This document shows positions 62,101 to 64,000 of a stretch of DNA of 64,000 nt, piece by piece. The position numbers were made by a program, and so were the translations under genes. Each line of letters starts with the position of its first letter. Position 1 is the first letter of the stretch. The notes under the pieces were generated by a model. It ran no database searches, had not been told where the DNA came from, and saw only the letters and a list, made by a program, of their open reading frames with translations. Origin of the DNA: Calothrix sp. NIES-2098 (GTDB taxonomy: Bacteria; Cyanobacteriota; Cyanobacteriia; Cyanobacteriales; Nostocaceae); assembly GCA_002368175.1 (NCBI GenBank), contig AP018172.1, positions 29,599-93,598 on the forward strand, in the 5' to 3' direction.

Positions 62101-64000
62101 AATGCTGTTTTTGCCTGGATTAAGGCTGCTTGAATTAATAAATCTGACTGTTGAAAATTACTATTAAGATATTCAACTTCTGAACGTTCTTTATAAATTG
62201 CAAACGTTAGTTCATACTGTTTGCTCCAGCTATCATCAGCCAACAACTGCATGGCAATCGCTAAATATTGTGATGCTGTAGCATAAGCTGTCGATGCTTT
62301 GGCTTTACGTCCTGCTTGTAAATTTAATTGGGCAATTTGTTCTCGTTCTTGCGGTTCGGTTAGTAATTGCCATCCTAAATTTAATTGATTGACAATCTCA
62401 AAAATTTGCTCTTCCTGTTCTGTAGCGGAGATATTTTGCAGGAGTAATTTTCCTATCTGTAAATGAGTACTCTGTTTTTGTGCTTCATCGATTAGAGAAT
62501 AGGCTGCTTGTTGGACGCGATCGTGGAGGAATTCGTATACATAATCTTGAGAAGACACAAGGTTATCTTCCACAGGAGATGCAGACCAGTACTGAAGATC
62601 GGCAACTATATGAAGTTGAGTATGGTCTGAAAAACTTGGCTCTGTCTCAGCTAAATATAAGTTGGCATTGTCAGTCGGAAATTCATCCTCTACATTGATT
62701 CGCTCGCGTTCTTGTTGAAATAATTTATATGTTTGACTTACAGGAATAATTAACCCTTCAGCTAAAGCTGACCATAAATCATTGGCAGTTTGTGCTAGAG
62801 ATTTTTCATAAACAATTGCCAGTGTTACTAAGTCAAATGTATTGCCAATACAAGCTGCTAACTTTAAAACATCTTGCGTCGCCTGTGGTAACTTTTGCAA
62901 TTGCAAAACCATAAATTCCACAACATTATCTGTGAGGTTTAAAGTTTCTACTTGCTGCAAGTCATATTGCCAATTACCCATCTCTGGTACAAAAGTAATA
63001 TGTCCTTCTGCATGGAGTGTTTTCAGCATTTGAATGCTAAAAAAAGGATTTCCCTGTGTTTTTTGATAAATTAGTTGTGTGAGAGGTAATGCTGATTCTA
63101 GTTTGCAACTTAGAGTATCTGCAAACAAATGATTTAGATCTGTAGCAGTGAGAGGAGCTAAACTAATAGTTGTAATCGCGCTTTTATTTTGAGACTTATG
63201 AATTTCTTCTAACGTCAGGATTAAGGGATGGTTATCAGAAACCTCATTATCGCGATAGGCTCCAATTAATAATAAATAGCCGATTTTATCTTCACTCATC
63301 AGCATCTGTAGCAATTGTAGCGATGCTGTATCTGCCCACTGTAAGTCATCCAGAAATATTACTAATGGATGTTCTGGGGTTGTAAATACTTGAATAAATT
63401 TGCGAAATAAGCGATTAAAGCGTTGCTGTGCAGCATTACCCGAAAGTTCTGTTACTGCTGGTTGCGCACCAATAATTTTTTTAAGTTCGGGAATGACATC
63501 AATAATTACTTGAGCATTATCCCCCAGTGCTGTTAAAATTTCCTGCTTCCATTGAGTAATTTGAGCATCGCTTTGGGTAAGGATTTGTGCCATTAAATCC
63601 TGCAATGCTTGCACAAAAGCAGAGAAAGGAATGTTACGTTGAAACTGGTCAAACTTGCCTTCAATAAAGTAGCCTCTTTGCCGGACAATAGGCTTTTGCA
63701 CTTCATTAACTACAGCAGTTTTACCAATACCAGAAAAACCTTGTATGAGAATCAATTCGCTTTGAGGTAATAGATCGGAAGTTTTATCGTTTTGTTCTCG
63801 ATCCCCTGCAACTCGATCGAATACTGCTAGTAAAGTCTGTACTTCTTTTTGACGACCATAGAGTTTTTCTGGAATTAAAAAGCGATCGCTTATGTCTTTC
63901 TGTGCAAGTTGGAAGGATGCATTCGCTCGTTTTTCTTGCCACCGATCGCAACACCACTCTAAATCATACTTTAGACCAGCCGCACTCTGATAGCGGTCTT
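59121..64000 (-). CDS. HstK-type multidomain kinase: (Ser/Thr kinase, off-window) - AAA_16/STAND NTPase - TPR-like - GAF - HisKA/HATPase_c; 5' partial
   Basis: I translated above the TTG at 63755 and the frame stays open to base 64000 (..FLIPEKLYGRQKEVQTLLAVFDRV..LILIQGFSGIGKTAVV). That is the linker that follows a Ser/Thr kinase domain in this family. The C-terminus has H-box AHEINNP and a G-box GTGLGL. Confidence 0.85.
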   Translation of the reverse strand, partial: DRYQSAAGLKYDLEWCCDRWQEKRANASFQLAQKDISDRFLIPEKLYGRQKEVQTLLAVFDRVAGDREQNDKTSDLLPQSELILIQGFSGIGKTAVVNEVQKPIVRQRGYFIEGKFDQFQRNIPFSAFVQALQDLMAQILTQSDAQITQWKQEILTALGDNAQVIIDVIPELKKIIGAQPAVTELSGNAAQQRFNRLFRKFIQVFTTPEHPLVIFLDDLQWADTASLQLLQMLMSEDKIGYLLLIGAYRDNEVSDNHPLILTLEEIHKSQNKSAITTISLAPLTATDLNHLFADTLSCKLESALPLTQLIYQKTQGNPFFSIQMLKTLHAEGHITFVPEMGNWQYDLQQVETLNLTDNVVEFMVLQLQKLPQATQDVLKLAACIGNTFDLVTLAIVYEKSLAQTANDLWSALAEGLIIPVSQTYKLFQQERERINVEDEFPTDNANLYLAETEPSFSDHTQLHIVADLQYWSASPVEDNLVSSQDYVYEFLHDRVQQAAYSLIDEAQKQSTHLQIGKLLLQNISATEQEEQIFEIVNQLNLGWQLLTEPQEREQIAQLNLQAGRKAKASTAYATASQYLAIAMQLLADDSWSKQYELTFAIYKERSEVEYLNSNFQQSDLLIQAALIQAKTALEKAELYNLLIVQRTLQADYVVAIQAGKQALSLLNIHFPEDNLNSAIDLEIAAIQSYLENQKVAAILELPENPYPIYRYAIQLLINLDPPTYINSELDLYILITAKAVKLSIQYGNVAESAKAYANYGFLLGSFFGDYSTGYEFGVLATEIAEKFQNKGQKCQVNLLLGSWLNNWMRSAHLAIPINNAGYQAGLESGELQFAGYNLFGNICNQYFQGNNLNTIRLDINKFLPFAQQTQNTLLFEVLQETQQVIDSFIGNCNYQDSPKSDRISHTPMALAIAHIIQAQLAYLYAQYQLALKHITQAETYLPAILGFTTSASYPFYHALILAALYPQVPPSTQRQYWQSLINHQNQLKIWADNCPENFEHQYLLIQAEMARIKKQESAAMDLYDRAIATAKTNGFTQNVALANELTAKFWLTKNKPNIAQLYLTEAVSAYTQWGAIAKVKCLEANYPELLESNQALYWAELEYQQKTTISSTSTSQNFSAQLDFAAFLKASQAIAGEIQLDQLLSILMQVMLENAGAKKCVLLLQKNQQLAIAAIAGFNEEKIFSPTDVSAIPLEQSQDVPLTVINYVKRTLEPLVIDDIATQSLFASDPYIIQNQPRSVLCTPIINQGEWMGLLYLENQLTAGVFTRDRLEVVQLLIAQAAISLENAQLYTDLSKTTAELKQANTQLAEYSHTLEEKVAERTSQLNAKTQQLEEAFKNLKTAQAQLIQNEKMSSLGQLVAGIAHEINNPISFIYGNLTPANEYIDNLMSVLKSYRQHYPKPTPELQAEIAKFELDFITEDLPKLLNSMQVGAERIRDIVMSLRNFSRLDEAEIKAVDIHEGIDSTLMILQNLLQAKPERPEIFVIKEYSKLPAIECYAGQLNQVFLNLIMNAIDALEDSVIQGKTAEKLQICIRTEICNANQIKICIADNGIGIGDSTKPYVFDPFFTTKKVGQGTGLGLSISYQIIVDKHQGQLECQSIPGEGAEFIITLPIRRQRFKIVETI

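Overview
This is a 64-kb chromosomal window from a cyanobacterium, probably a filamentous Nostocales-type genome. The octamer GCGATCGC (HIP1) occurs dozens of times and the gene content fits: ycf46, an HstK-type Ser/Thr-His hybrid kinase, a Nif11 peptide and pentapeptide-repeat proteins. Coding density is high on both strands. Recognisable housekeeping genes are ligA, gltX, a tRNA-Asp(GTC) and ftsH. Signalling genes include a histidine kinase/LuxR response-regulator pair, a pseudokinase/FHA pair, two tandem Ser/Thr kinases and a giant HstK-type kinase that runs off the 3' end of the window. Metabolic genes include a UbiD decarboxylase, a Tat-exported aldo/keto reductase, a class-V aminotransferase and a GH65 phosphorylase fused to beta-phosphoglucomutase.

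The standout is a ~16.5-kb accessory island at ~10.3-26.7 kb that reads as a contractile-injection-system (eCIS/phage-tail-like) locus. A plus-strand operon encodes a gp19-type tube protein, a 1015-aa low-complexity repeat protein and a second tube-fold protein. These are followed by a VgrG/gpD-gp5 spike, a PAAR tip, a gp25-like protein, a baseplate-J (gp6) protein, a gpI-like protein and a 401-aa unknown. Divergently, on the minus strand, sit a stand-alone DUF4157 (HExxH) protein, a 15-copy 21-bp tandem repeat array and a 1032-aa effector-like protein carrying membrane helices and an HExxH motif. No sheath, cap or dedicated AAA+ ATPase gene is visible in or beside the operon. The locus is therefore either an incomplete or split CIS, or an unusual architecture.

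The first gene is open to base 1 (5' partial) and the last gene is open to base 64000 (partial).
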